Below are positions 1 to 7,563 of a DNA stretch of 39,892 nucleotides, in pieces. Source of the DNA: a virus. Within the stretch, counting starts at the first letter, position 1, and each line of letters starts with the position of its first letter. A program made the position numbers and the translations under genes. The notes beneath the pieces are model-generated. The model was not told the origin of the DNA, made no database searches, and saw only the letters and a list, made by a program, of their open reading frames with translations. The DNA is taken from the UHGV virus genome UHGV-0038300; one strand, 5' to 3'.

Positions 1-68
1 GGCGGTCGCGATCTGATGAAAAGCGTGGGCAAAGCAGAAGAGAACAAATCGGACAGCTGGTTTAATTA
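1..68 (+). CDS. 3' end of a host chromosomal gene (partial; product not recognised), ending ...GRDLMKSVGKAEENKSDSWFN*
   Basis: In-frame reading of the window start ends at TAA 66-68; lies outside attL and is convergent with guaA. Confidence 0.4.
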
Positions 69-108
69 ATCGATGTAAGTAACTTCAAGCCTATAATTCT
101 TGAAGATA

Positions 109-140
109 AAAAACCCTCTGTAGTAACAGAGGGTTTTGTT
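109..140. terminator. Rho-independent terminator hairpin (native terminator of the guaA region, usable on both strands)
   Basis: Stem ccctctgt (114-121) / acagaggg (126-133) with an A-run before and a T-run after. Confidence 0.6.
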
Positions 141-161
141 CATTCATAGTGCAGGGATCAA

Positions 162-178
162 AATCATTCCCACTCAAT
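162..178. repeat. attL core: 17-bp direct repeat aatcattcccactcaat, identical to 39817-39833
   Basis: Exact 17-bp identity with the sequence overlapping the guaA stop codon at the other end; integrase lies beside the other copy. Confidence 0.75.
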
Positions 179-288
179 TATTTACGGCAACCATAACCAA
201 TTGACTGATAACAACTTTCCACAACCTGGTTTTCACCGTACCGTTTTATATACCGTCACCGGAAATCAGTACCATGAAAAATGCCATG

Positions 289-771
289 CTATCTGGTCAA
301 CGTGTCGTACTGTTTTTCGCAGACTCTTCCGGCTGCGGCTGCCCGGTCAGCATACTCTGCCAGTTGTCTGTTTCTCTCGAGAGATTTGCTGAGCACGTCG
401 GCAAGCAAAACTCCGGTGTCTGCGGCTGACGTCCCAGCGCCGACAATGGCGTTATACTGCCTGAGCTGCTCACGGATGGCAAAGAGTTGTTGCTGCAACC
501 TGCCAGCGCGAGCGGCAGCATCAAGAGCATCATTGCGCGCCTGGTCGATCCTCTGCTGAGCTTCACGTTCATTGGCCACTTTCTCCTGTTCGTAGTACTG
601 ACGAACTTTGTCTTCTTCGGCTTTGCGGTCTTCTTCCGCCTGCGCATACCCGGCATCGTACTGGCGACTGCCGTGTATATTCCAGGCAACCACTCCGACG
701 ATGAACAGAGCAGCAAGCATCAACACAATAAGCATCTGTTTCCAATATGCTTTTACGAATGCCCAGATCAT
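289..771 (-). CDS. Rz-like i-spanin (inner-membrane spanin)
   Basis: N-terminal TM helix followed by a charged coiled-coil region resembling lambda Rz; immediately downstream of the endolysin. Confidence 0.7.
   Translation of the reverse strand: MIWAFVKAYWKQMLIVLMLAALFIVGVVAWNIHGSRQYDAGYAQAEEDRKAEEDKVRQYYEQEKVANEREAQQRIDQARNDALDAAARAGRLQQQLFAIREQLRQYNAIVGAGTSAADTGVLLADVLSKSLERNRQLAEYADRAAAAGRVCEKQYDTLTR
297..572 (-). CDS. Rz1-like o-spanin lipoprotein embedded in the +1 frame of Rz
   Basis: Embedded ORF contains the lipoprotein signal [26 protein letters not shown] (lipobox LAGC); start codon uncertain (572 or 533). Confidence 0.55.
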   Translation of the reverse strand: MNVKLSRGSTRRAMMLLMLPLALAGCSNNSLPSVSSSGSITPLSALGRQPQTPEFCLPTCSANLSRETDNWQSMLTGQPQPEESAKNSTTR

Positions 772-1397
772 ATAGCCAGCACCTTACTGGCAGTGACGTA
801 CCGCGCGCGCCGGTCGTCGATGCCGTTCCTGCCACCATTGATAATCAGAGTTACACGTGCAATATCACCGGTATACTTCATGCATCCTTTGCTGGCAAAG
901 AACCACGCCGCGCTACGAGCCGCGTATTCGTCCTGCGCCAGCAGTTCAGGATTCTCCAGCAAGTCCACTTTCAAGCCGTTTCCGCAGTCACGATAGTTAT
1001 TCAAACCGGTAATCTGGATAAGTCCGCGACCTCGGTAATTCCAGCCATCGCCGGGGGCATTGTTCCCCATGCGTTTGCTGTACACCAGATTGGCAATCGC
1101 TCTCTGGCGCTCAGGTGGCAATGGTGGTTCACCAGCACGGCGCCCCAATGCGTTGGCCTGTCCCTGAGTGAGACGACCAGCCCGAACGAAGTTAGCCAGT
1201 CCGCTGACGCTGTAGTTGAAATTTTCCTGCAACCGGGTGAAGCCTCCAGACTCATGCCCGACCTGAGCAATAAACATTGCCTGATCTTCTGGTTTGCTGA
1301 TATCAAACTCTTTCATCGCAGAAGTTATATGCGAGAACCAGCGTGCGGCCAGCGCCTCGCTAATACCAGCAGCTCGCTGGAATTGTTTAATCTCCAT
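768..1397 (-). CDS. Endolysin, glycoside hydrolase family 19 (chitinase-like lysozyme)
   Basis: GH19-type motif AQVGHESGG and overall phage GH19 endolysin-like sequence; sits in the lysis cassette. Confidence 0.8.
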   Translation of the reverse strand: MEIKQFQRAAGISEALAARWFSHITSAMKEFDISKPEDQAMFIAQVGHESGGFTRLQENFNYSVSGLANFVRAGRLTQGQANALGRRAGEPPLPPERQRAIANLVYSKRMGNNAPGDGWNYRGRGLIQITGLNNYRDCGNGLKVDLLENPELLAQDEYAARSAAWFFASKGCMKYTGDIARVTLIINGGRNGIDDRRARYVTASKVLAI

Positions 1398-1695
1398 GTT
1401 TAGACCTCGTTATTTTGAAAATCTGAACGACGTTACCGCGAGTTTTAAGAACCGCAGCAAGCATGACAGCGTTGATAATGACCTCAGATAAATCCACAGC
1501 CATTGGCGTGCGTAACCAGATTGCATAGACGACACGAACAGGAATACTGGCCGCAGCAACAATAAGGAAATAAGCAAGCCACCCTCCCCATCTTCGGTGT
1601 TGTGAACCGTTACGCCGGAATGTGACAACACGAATTGCTATGCCAGTACAAATAAGTGCATTGGTGATAAGCAAAACAAGCTCATTAGTTACCAT
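1387..1695 (-). CDS. Small membrane protein, holin or antiholin candidate
   Basis: About 102 aa with predicted TM helices, directly upstream of and overlapping the endolysin start. Confidence 0.5.
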   Translation of the reverse strand: MVTNELVLLITNALICTGIAIRVVTFRRNGSQHRRWGGWLAYFLIVAAASIPVRVVYAIWLRTPMAVDLSEVIINAVMLAAVLKTRGNVVQIFKITRSKHGD

Positions 1696-2095
1696 CGCCT
1701 TTTCTCCCCGGAATTAACTCGCGTGGATTATCGGAACGGTGATAGAGCCAGATGCCAATTCGAACTGCGACGATTGCTGACACGAATGCACCAGCAGAGA
1801 AAACAATCCCTTTCTCAAACGAGTCCTGCGTAATGGTAGGGATCAGGCTGGCTATGCCGATAAGAATTGATGCTGCTGGTTTGTAAAAGAGAAGGCCGCA
1901 AAGAAAGCTAAGCATCGACAGGAGCACCCGTCGGCGAATCGGATATTCGACAGCAGAGGTAACAAAAATTACCGCACCAGACAAAGAACCCAAAGCAACC
2001 TCCGGAGGAACACCTGCTATCACCGCAGCAAGAGACCCCATACTAAGCCACTGATTTAATGTTTCACTGGTTAGTTGAGCAGACATGTTTTTCAC
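1685..2095 (-). CDS. Membrane protein, holin candidate
   Basis: 136 aa with 3-4 hydrophobic helices; first gene of the lysis cassette, preceded by an AT-rich promoter-like region (2096-2414). Confidence 0.5.
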   Translation of the reverse strand: MKNMSAQLTSETLNQWLSMGSLAAVIAGVPPEVALGSLSGAVIFVTSAVEYPIRRRVLLSMLSFLCGLLFYKPAASILIGIASLIPTITQDSFEKGIVFSAGAFVSAIVAVRIGIWLYHRSDNPRELIPGRKGDGN

Positions 2096-2414
2096 CGTTT
2101 ATGTACATTAAAACCATAAGAAAAGAGAACAACACATTAAACCATAAATGGTTTTTTGTTACCTTGCAACAATTTGTGAAATAAATGAAACACAAAACAA
2201 TAATAAATAAACAGCAGGAGATATTTAAAAGATGGAATTTAACATATATTAAATATAAGCATGTGATAAGCAGAACACCTATTTATTCGCATGACAATAC
2301 ATTATATTGACAGATATTTAAATTAGATATTTATTGGTAAATACAGAGCATGTATTTTAAGTAAACCTGCGCTATAACAGCGCAGGTCAACAATTATAAA
2401 AAAAGAAATTTAAT

Positions 2415-4955
2415 TCATTTTTTTACATTGCCATTTTCAATGGCGAAAATTCTCTCTTCCATATTATCAATTCTCTCCCAGCATTGCTGAATTGATTTAA
2501 CAATAGGTGGGATGAATTCATCGTAACCAAGTGAGTAAACATCATCCCCACCATTTTTCAAGTGATGCTGTAGCCCACCGAACTCAACACCTAATTTTTC
2601 ACACAGTTTCAATACGTCCTGTGCAATAAACCAGTGATGGTATCGTTGACGTTTTTTACTGCCGTCAGGAGTTTTCTGCACTACTTCAAGATATTTTTCT
2701 TCGACATTCTCAATAGCTGATACAGTAATTCCATCAACATCTCGCTCTACTTTTTTTGGTACAATTCTTGTTTTTTCAATAACATCAACATAATCATCAC
2801 GCATATCCCAGCGACCATCGACAGGACGAAGCCCAAGGATAAATTCAATCCCCAGCAAGGTATCTCGGATATCTGTTTTATCACGCGCATCAGATCTGTT
2901 TTGCACAGTTCCATATACATATGTCGTTGTGGAAGAATTGCCAAGCTGCACCTGGTTACTTCCAGACACCCTTGCATCATTGCCAACAGTTGTTGTGTTG
3001 GTAAGTGATGATGTGCTTTCCCCTGATTGAGTTAATCTACCTGAATTATGTCCAATAGCCGTGTTTAATGCGCCGGTTGTATTTGTGACAAGAGAGCCAG
3101 ACCCAATTGCAACGTTACTGCTTCCCGATGTTGTTCCTTTTAATGCCTGCTGTCCAACCGCAACATTATTATCACCCGTTGCTGCTATAAGTGCCATGTG
3201 ACCAATAGAAACGGTAAATGAACCTAGCGTTTGAGTTTCACCGCATGCCCCATAACCAATTACAACAACATTATCTGTAATTGTTGACTCGGTTGCCGCT
3301 CCAGCACCAATAACAACGCTTTCATTCCCGGCAAGATTCTTGCGCATTGCGAACATTCCAATGCCAACATTATCATGCCCAGTCCCTGTACCTGCTGCCT
3401 CCGCAGCACCAAGACAGTTTCCCGCTCTGTAGCCAACCATGGTGTTATTTGAACCAATAGAGAAGTCTCCGGAAAAAGAGCCTACGTATACACTATTAGA
3501 CTGAGAGTAATCTCCAGGATTTCCATTCGCCCGATATCCTACTGCAACTGTATAAATAGTATCTGGAGCCTCAGCCATGGCCTCAAAGCCAACTCCAACG
3601 TTATATCTACCGCCCTTAACTTTTTCTCCTGCACCAAGTCCGAAGAATGAGTTATAGCTCCCGGTTGTTAGCCACTCGCCAGCAACAGAACCTACAGCAG
3701 TGTTTCCTGTTCCAGTACATCGATACAAAGTCAGGAAGCCAACTCCGGTATTATTATTTCCTGAAATATTACTCATCAATGATTTTGACCCAATGGCAGT
3801 ATTGTTAACACCATCGGTCAGATCCTGTAACGCTCGCGGGCCAAATGCTGTATTATCGTAACCCTTTGGCGCTGTTGTTGGATCTGGTAACTCAGGGGTT
3901 AGTTTTTCACCACCACCACCATTGGCACAAAGATTGTAAGATCGAATAAATTCAGCCACTGGCCCAAGTTTTAAATAACCATTGGCAATATTAATTCTGA
4001 CACTTACATTAACTGAGCTACCAGGAGCTTCTATTGTCCTGTCATCAACCCAGGTAAAACTCTGTGGTATCCCGTCATAAGTTAATGTCACATCTCCTTT
4101 ATCATTATAATTATAGAACAATGTATAACGCTCATTTATAGATTCAGAACCTGATGATCCTCCTCTCCTCCACCACTCTGCATTATCAAAAATAAGTAAT
4201 CCCGGACCATAATATTTAGCTTTCTGCCCCAAAATCATAGGGCTTGATAATCTCCATACCCCCTCAGGAACATATATATTGCTACTTATTCTTTCAGCAT
4301 TATTAAAAGCAGTATCACATAGCTCGTCACCACCTTCTTTAGCTCCAAAGTCCAGAACACTGACAGTATCCCGCATCTTATCCTGGAACGTTCGATATAC
4401 TGCTCCAGAACCATACTGAATAAACCAACCAAAACCACCAACAACCCCGGCGATTGCAGCATCGACATAATTACGCATTGAGCGATTATTTACAGCGTCC
4501 TGCTCAAGTGATGGATCTGCAAGGTTAGAAATTCTGTTTTGCTTTGCATCGTAATATTTTGCAAGCAAAGATGGTTTCATCAATGCACGTCTGAACCATC
4601 CAAAACATTGCTGGATCAGCATCGTCAGATAGTCAAAGGCATCTTCATGCACCTCGGGGAAAAATTTTCCCTGATTACGAAGATCAGTCTCCTGCACCAC
4701 ATCAAGCACACGATCTATCGTAATTCGCCATCCAGCAGCAAGCGGCGACGGAAGAACAACAGAACCGCCACTATAAGTGCCCGCCCCAGTTACCGTATAA
4801 CCGGTATCCAGAACCAATTCTGTTACGTTCCCGTTCAGGTCAGACACCTGAACAACCAGGTCGGATTTTTTGAAAATACGGAAGGTGTACGGGAATGATG
4901 TCGTAATGCCGTTACCGGTGTATTCGTTGTGGTCAACTTCGGTTGAGACCGTCAT
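2415..4955 (-). CDS. Tail fibre with glycine-rich fibre repeats and a C-terminal peptidase S74 intramolecular chaperone domain
   Basis: N-terminal TGNGITTSFPYTF fibre-anchor-like motif, long G/N/S-rich repeats, and the C-terminal autoproteolysis motif ...NRSDARDKTDI... followed by a chaperone-like domain. Confidence 0.85.
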   Translation of the reverse strand: MTVSTEVDHNEYTGNGITTSFPYTFRIFKKSDLVVQVSDLNGNVTELVLDTGYTVTGAGTYSGGSVVLPSPLAAGWRITIDRVLDVVQETDLRNQGKFFPEVHEDAFDYLTMLIQQCFGWFRRALMKPSLLAKYYDAKQNRISNLADPSLEQDAVNNRSMRNYVDAAIAGVVGGFGWFIQYGSGAVYRTFQDKMRDTVSVLDFGAKEGGDELCDTAFNNAERISSNIYVPEGVWRLSSPMILGQKAKYYGPGLLIFDNAEWWRRGGSSGSESINERYTLFYNYNDKGDVTLTYDGIPQSFTWVDDRTIEAPGSSVNVSVRINIANGYLKLGPVAEFIRSYNLCANGGGGEKLTPELPDPTTAPKGYDNTAFGPRALQDLTDGVNNTAIGSKSLMSNISGNNNTGVGFLTLYRCTGTGNTAVGSVAGEWLTTGSYNSFFGLGAGEKVKGGRYNVGVGFEAMAEAPDTIYTVAVGYRANGNPGDYSQSNSVYVGSFSGDFSIGSNNTMVGYRAGNCLGAAEAAGTGTGHDNVGIGMFAMRKNLAGNESVVIGAGAATESTITDNVVVIGYGACGETQTLGSFTVSIGHMALIAATGDNNVAVGQQALKGTTSGSSNVAIGSGSLVTNTTGALNTAIGHNSGRLTQSGESTSSLTNTTTVGNDARVSGSNQVQLGNSSTTTYVYGTVQNRSDARDKTDIRDTLLGIEFILGLRPVDGRWDMRDDYVDVIEKTRIVPKKVERDVDGITVSAIENVEEKYLEVVQKTPDGSKKRQRYHHWFIAQDVLKLCEKLGVEFGGLQHHLKNGGDDVYSLGYDEFIPPIVKSIQQCWERIDNMEERIFAIENGNVKK

Positions 4956-5058
4956 GTTAAATCTCCAGATAGTCGCAGCACCCGTTGCGCCGCATATCTG
5001 GTTATTCTATTACCTGAAAAACCACATATGGATAGAAAGACTATAAATACCAATAGAT

Positions 5059-5075
5059 ATTACCTTTCGGGTAAT
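5059..5075. promoter_or_regulatory. 17-bp palindromic operator-like site ATTACC-TTTCG-GGTAAT
   Basis: Perfect 6-5-6 inverted repeat belonging to the dispersed site family; upstream of the LexA box and the tail-fibre gene. Confidence 0.6.
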
Positions 5076-5113
5076 TTGCAAAACGTGCTGGATAGCAAAC
5101 AAATTATTTGCTA

Positions 5114-5129
5114 CTGTATAAATATACAG
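5114..5129. promoter_or_regulatory. LexA (SOS) box CTGT-ATAAATAT-ACAG
   Basis: Perfect CTGT-N8-ACAG with an AT-rich spacer (tactgtataaatatacagtt), 22 bp upstream of the ATG at 5151. Confidence 0.8.
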
Positions 5130-5150
5130 TTATTGCATGGAGAAGATAAG

Positions 5151-5408
5151 ATGCAGCAGTATCACTATCCACTGGAAGACGGATTTACCGAAAGGATTCA
5201 CACGCCGGGAGGCGTCAGATCACTGGTGGAGGGATCGCACTTGATGAAATTACTCCGGGATCTCGATAAGGATGGATTTAATGTCGATGGCCCACTTGCC
5301 GAACTGACTGCACTGATTAACTACGTCACCAGCTCACAGATGTCTATGCGGGATCTGCAAACACATCTCGACTATTGTGCCGAACAATTACGAAAACAAA
5401 CCCGGTAA
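5151..5408 (+). CDS. Small (85 aa) antirepressor-like protein, homologous to the C-terminal domain of the Bro-N antirepressor; candidate SOS-inducible antirepressor
   Basis: RBS ggagaag then ATG 5151. Aligns with the C-terminus of the 6555-7247 product (PL..G....IH.P.GV..L.E.S.LM.LL..L..DG..V.G..AELT......V......RD.QTH..Y). The upstream part of the listed ORF is occupied by regulatory sites. Confidence 0.7.
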   Translation: MQQYHYPLEDGFTERIHTPGGVRSLVEGSHLMKLLRDLDKDGFNVDGPLAELTALINYVTSSQMSMRDLQTHLDYCAEQLRKQTR

Positions 5409-5430
5409 ATTTAAAGGCCGCAAGAGCGGC

Positions 5431-6159
5431 CTATCGTTTCGCTTTGTGCTCATCCCAGCACGTTTTGCACCATGCCATTAAGCCGTCCGCATTTTGATTA
5501 TTAGGGTAAAAGCTGGTTCGTTTTCTGCGGACATTACAAATTGGGCACCACTTCATATGGCGTGTATTCTTTGGGCCATCGAGACACCTTGCACACCACT
5601 TAGTCAATCCATCTGGATTTTTTGACGATTTCCTGAATTTTTCATATGGAAGGTTTATTCTGCATCGCAAGCACTGCTTGCTACCACTTGAAACTCTGTT
5701 AGCTGATTCTTCTTTTGGCGGCGATACAGAAGGTATTCTTGCTGGCTCTGATACTGCCTGAGGTGCTTTTTTAGATGACTGAGACGATATGTCACCACCA
5801 GGGAATCTTCCATGATATGCCGGACGCGTTGACACTCCAGGTGGAAGCTCAGCTGTAAACGGCTTTGGCTGAATCAGTTGCCTCTCTTTTGCTAACTCCT
5901 GCTGTTTATAATATGTCTGGATTACCGCACTATCATAAGCAGGAGGTGCGGAAATATTAGGCGCATTACCTCCAGTTTTTTGAAACTGAGTAGAGGTGTG
6001 TTCTATCACCTGTGTACGATTAATCGTTATCTCCCCATCTTCGGTCTTTATCGTTTTGTTATGATTAACGACCGTACGATCAGAGATCTTAGTCTTGTTC
6101 TGGTTGATAACGTAAATAATCACCGCAACCACACCAACAACTATCCAGAAAACTTCCAT
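5431..6159 (-). CDS. Membrane-anchored protein with a C-terminal duplicated Cys-rich (zinc-ribbon-like) module; function unknown
   Basis: N-terminal TM helix (MEVFWIVVGVVAVIIYVI), Pro/Ser-rich linker, then CLRC...WCARC and CPIC...WCKTC repeats; RBS gaggaaaag before the ATG; operator-like site just upstream. Confidence 0.6.
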   Translation of the reverse strand: MEVFWIVVGVVAVIIYVINQNKTKISDRTVVNHNKTIKTEDGEITINRTQVIEHTSTQFQKTGGNAPNISAPPAYDSAVIQTYYKQQELAKERQLIQPKPFTAELPPGVSTRPAYHGRFPGGDISSQSSKKAPQAVSEPARIPSVSPPKEESANRVSSGSKQCLRCRINLPYEKFRKSSKNPDGLTKWCARCLDGPKNTRHMKWCPICNVRRKRTSFYPNNQNADGLMAWCKTCWDEHKAKR

Positions 6160-6178
6160 TTCTTTTCCTCACAATAAC

Positions 6179-6195
6179 ATTACCTTAAAGGTAAT
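6179..6195. promoter_or_regulatory. 17-bp palindromic operator-like site ATTACC-TTAAA-GGTAAT
   Basis: Perfect inverted repeat about 20 bp upstream of the 5431-6159 gene start (minus strand). Confidence 0.6.
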
Positions 6196-6271
6196 ATCTT
6201 GCTTTCAGGTGATCAAGCGTTAAACCAAATCAACCAAATACGGTTGATTTTAATATTTCTTCACGTTTATC

Positions 6272-6288
6272 ATTACCTTTGAGGTAAA
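6272..6288. promoter_or_regulatory. 17-bp operator-like site ATTACC-TTTGA-GGTAAA overlapping a putative rightward promoter
   Basis: Overlaps a -10-like TATCAT (6268-6273) set 18 bp after a -35-like TTGATT (6244-6249). Confidence 0.5.
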
Positions 6289-6554
6289 TTTACATCGCAC
6301 TCCTCTTGTGCCATAGTAATCGGGCACTGGCAAAATCCAGTGCCGGGATTGGTCTCCCGGATTACTACAGAGGCACATATGCCGCATAAGCGGTTTTTTT
6401 ATGTGTAAAGCGCACCTATTCTATGGTGGGCTGTGTGGGGGCACCGAAAGGTGCGCCGGGTTCCTTTGTAGCCGGTAAGACCAACTCTGCACAGTTCACC
6501 ACCATCTGATTGGTCTCAGCGGTGGTGATTAACCTAACTACAAAGGTGATCGCC

Positions 6555-7247
6555 ATGAATACCAAACCTTCCATCTTTTCCTTTGAGTCATCCTGCCAGA
6601 TCCGTATGTTCATGATTGACGGAGAACCTTGGTTTGTCACCAAAGATGTGTGCAATGCTTTGAATATTGATGTTACACAAGCGAGAAAACTTGATAAAAA
6701 AGGCTGGAACAAAAAGGGGCTGTATTCAATACAGACCCCTGGTGGAATACAAGAACTATCCATCGTTTCAGAATCAGGTCTCTACATCCTTATTCTGCGT
6801 TGCAAAGAGGCAATGACAGGGGGAACGAGAGCATTCAGATTTCTTGAATGGGTTACAGGTGAGGTTCTTCCTCAGATCCGCCGCACAGGAAGTTACATTA
6901 AAAACTCGCTCCCGCAGGAAGAACGCATAAAGATGGTTGCCGACCAGGTAGCCAACGCCACGGCGTCAGCAGTAATGCAGGCGATGAAGATAGAGAACAA
7001 AACCTACAGTGCCCCGCTGAAGCCCGGCTACCGCAGCCTGATTCATTCGCCGTCTGGTGTTCTCGGCCTGACGGAGAACTCACTGCTGATGAATTTGCTG
7101 AACCAGTTACAGGAAGACGGGCATGATGTATCGGGCGCGGCAGCGGAGCTGACCACCATGTTCTGCTACATCGTCGGTGTGAGCAAATGCCTGCGTGACA
7201 TCCAGACTCACGCGGAGTACATCAACGACAAAGCAGGGTTCTTCTGA
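6555..7247 (+). CDS. Antirepressor with an N-terminal Bro-N domain
   Basis: N-terminus ...FSFESSCQIRMFMIDGEPWFVTKDVCNALNI... is typical of Bro-N/Ant proteins; RBS aaggtga before ATG 6555 (the listed ORF begins at an upstream TTG). Confidence 0.8.
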   Translation: MNTKPSIFSFESSCQIRMFMIDGEPWFVTKDVCNALNIDVTQARKLDKKGWNKKGLYSIQTPGGIQELSIVSESGLYILILRCKEAMTGGTRAFRFLEWVTGEVLPQIRRTGSYIKNSLPQEERIKMVADQVANATASAVMQAMKIENKTYSAPLKPGYRSLIHSPSGVLGLTENSLLMNLLNQLQEDGHDVSGAAAELTTMFCYIVGVSKCLRDIQTHAEYINDKAGFF

Positions 7248-7311
7248 CGGCGGCGGCACAGGGATGTGCCTTTAAAATAATCATTGGCGATGTGATGTAG
7301 ATTCGCGTAAT

Positions 7312-7328
7312 ATTACCTTAAAGGTAAA
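7312..7328. promoter_or_regulatory. 17-bp operator-like site ATTACC-TTAAA-GGTAAA
   Basis: Inverted repeat about 25 bp upstream of the 7354 start codon. Confidence 0.55.
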
Positions 7329-7353
7329 CCATGTGTTTACATGAGGAGGAGAT

Positions 7354-7563
7354 ATGGGATTTTGGTTCGCTCGTACAAAAACGAGGGATAATGCACCCAG
7401 CCCTCAGGCAAAAAATGCAGAAGTTCCGGCGTCAGCGCAGGTTAACAAGCGTGGTGGAGTATATATCTCATCACAGCAAATTTCTGAGCTTCCTGAGGTT
7501 AAGGAGATGCGTCGTCTCGCTGCTGCAATTGTTAAACAGGATCTTGCCACTGTAAGGAAGTAG
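7354..7563 (+). CDS. Small hypothetical protein (69 aa), first gene of a two-gene accessory module
   Basis: Strong RBS gaggaggag 6 nt before the ATG; its stop TAG overlaps the GTG start of the next ORF by one nucleotide. Confidence 0.55.
   Translation: MGFWFARTKTRDNAPSPQAKNAEVPASAQVNKRGGVYISSQQISELPEVKEMRRLAAAIVKQDLATVRK

Noticed and set aside
487-1403. Plus-strand ORFs (487-996, 747-1403) opposite the Rz and endolysin genes
   Set aside because: They lie antisense to genes with clear homology-based calls; low-complexity translations without start signals.
5028-5150. N-terminal extension of the 5028-5408 ORF (126-aa version)
   Set aside because: The extension runs through the operator-like site and the LexA box and has no RBS; the internal ATG at 5151 has a good RBS and aligns with the antirepressor C-terminal domain.
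6416-6763. Minus-strand 115-aa ORF overlapping the antirepressor start
   Set aside because: It is antisense to a well-supported gene and runs through a structured, repeat-rich leader; no RBS. Likely spurious.
7331-7555. Alternative-frame 74-aa ORF overlapping 7354-7563
   Set aside because: Its ATG is inside the operator-like site with no RBS, whereas the 7354 ATG follows a strong GAGGAGGAG RBS and is stop/start-coupled to the next gene.
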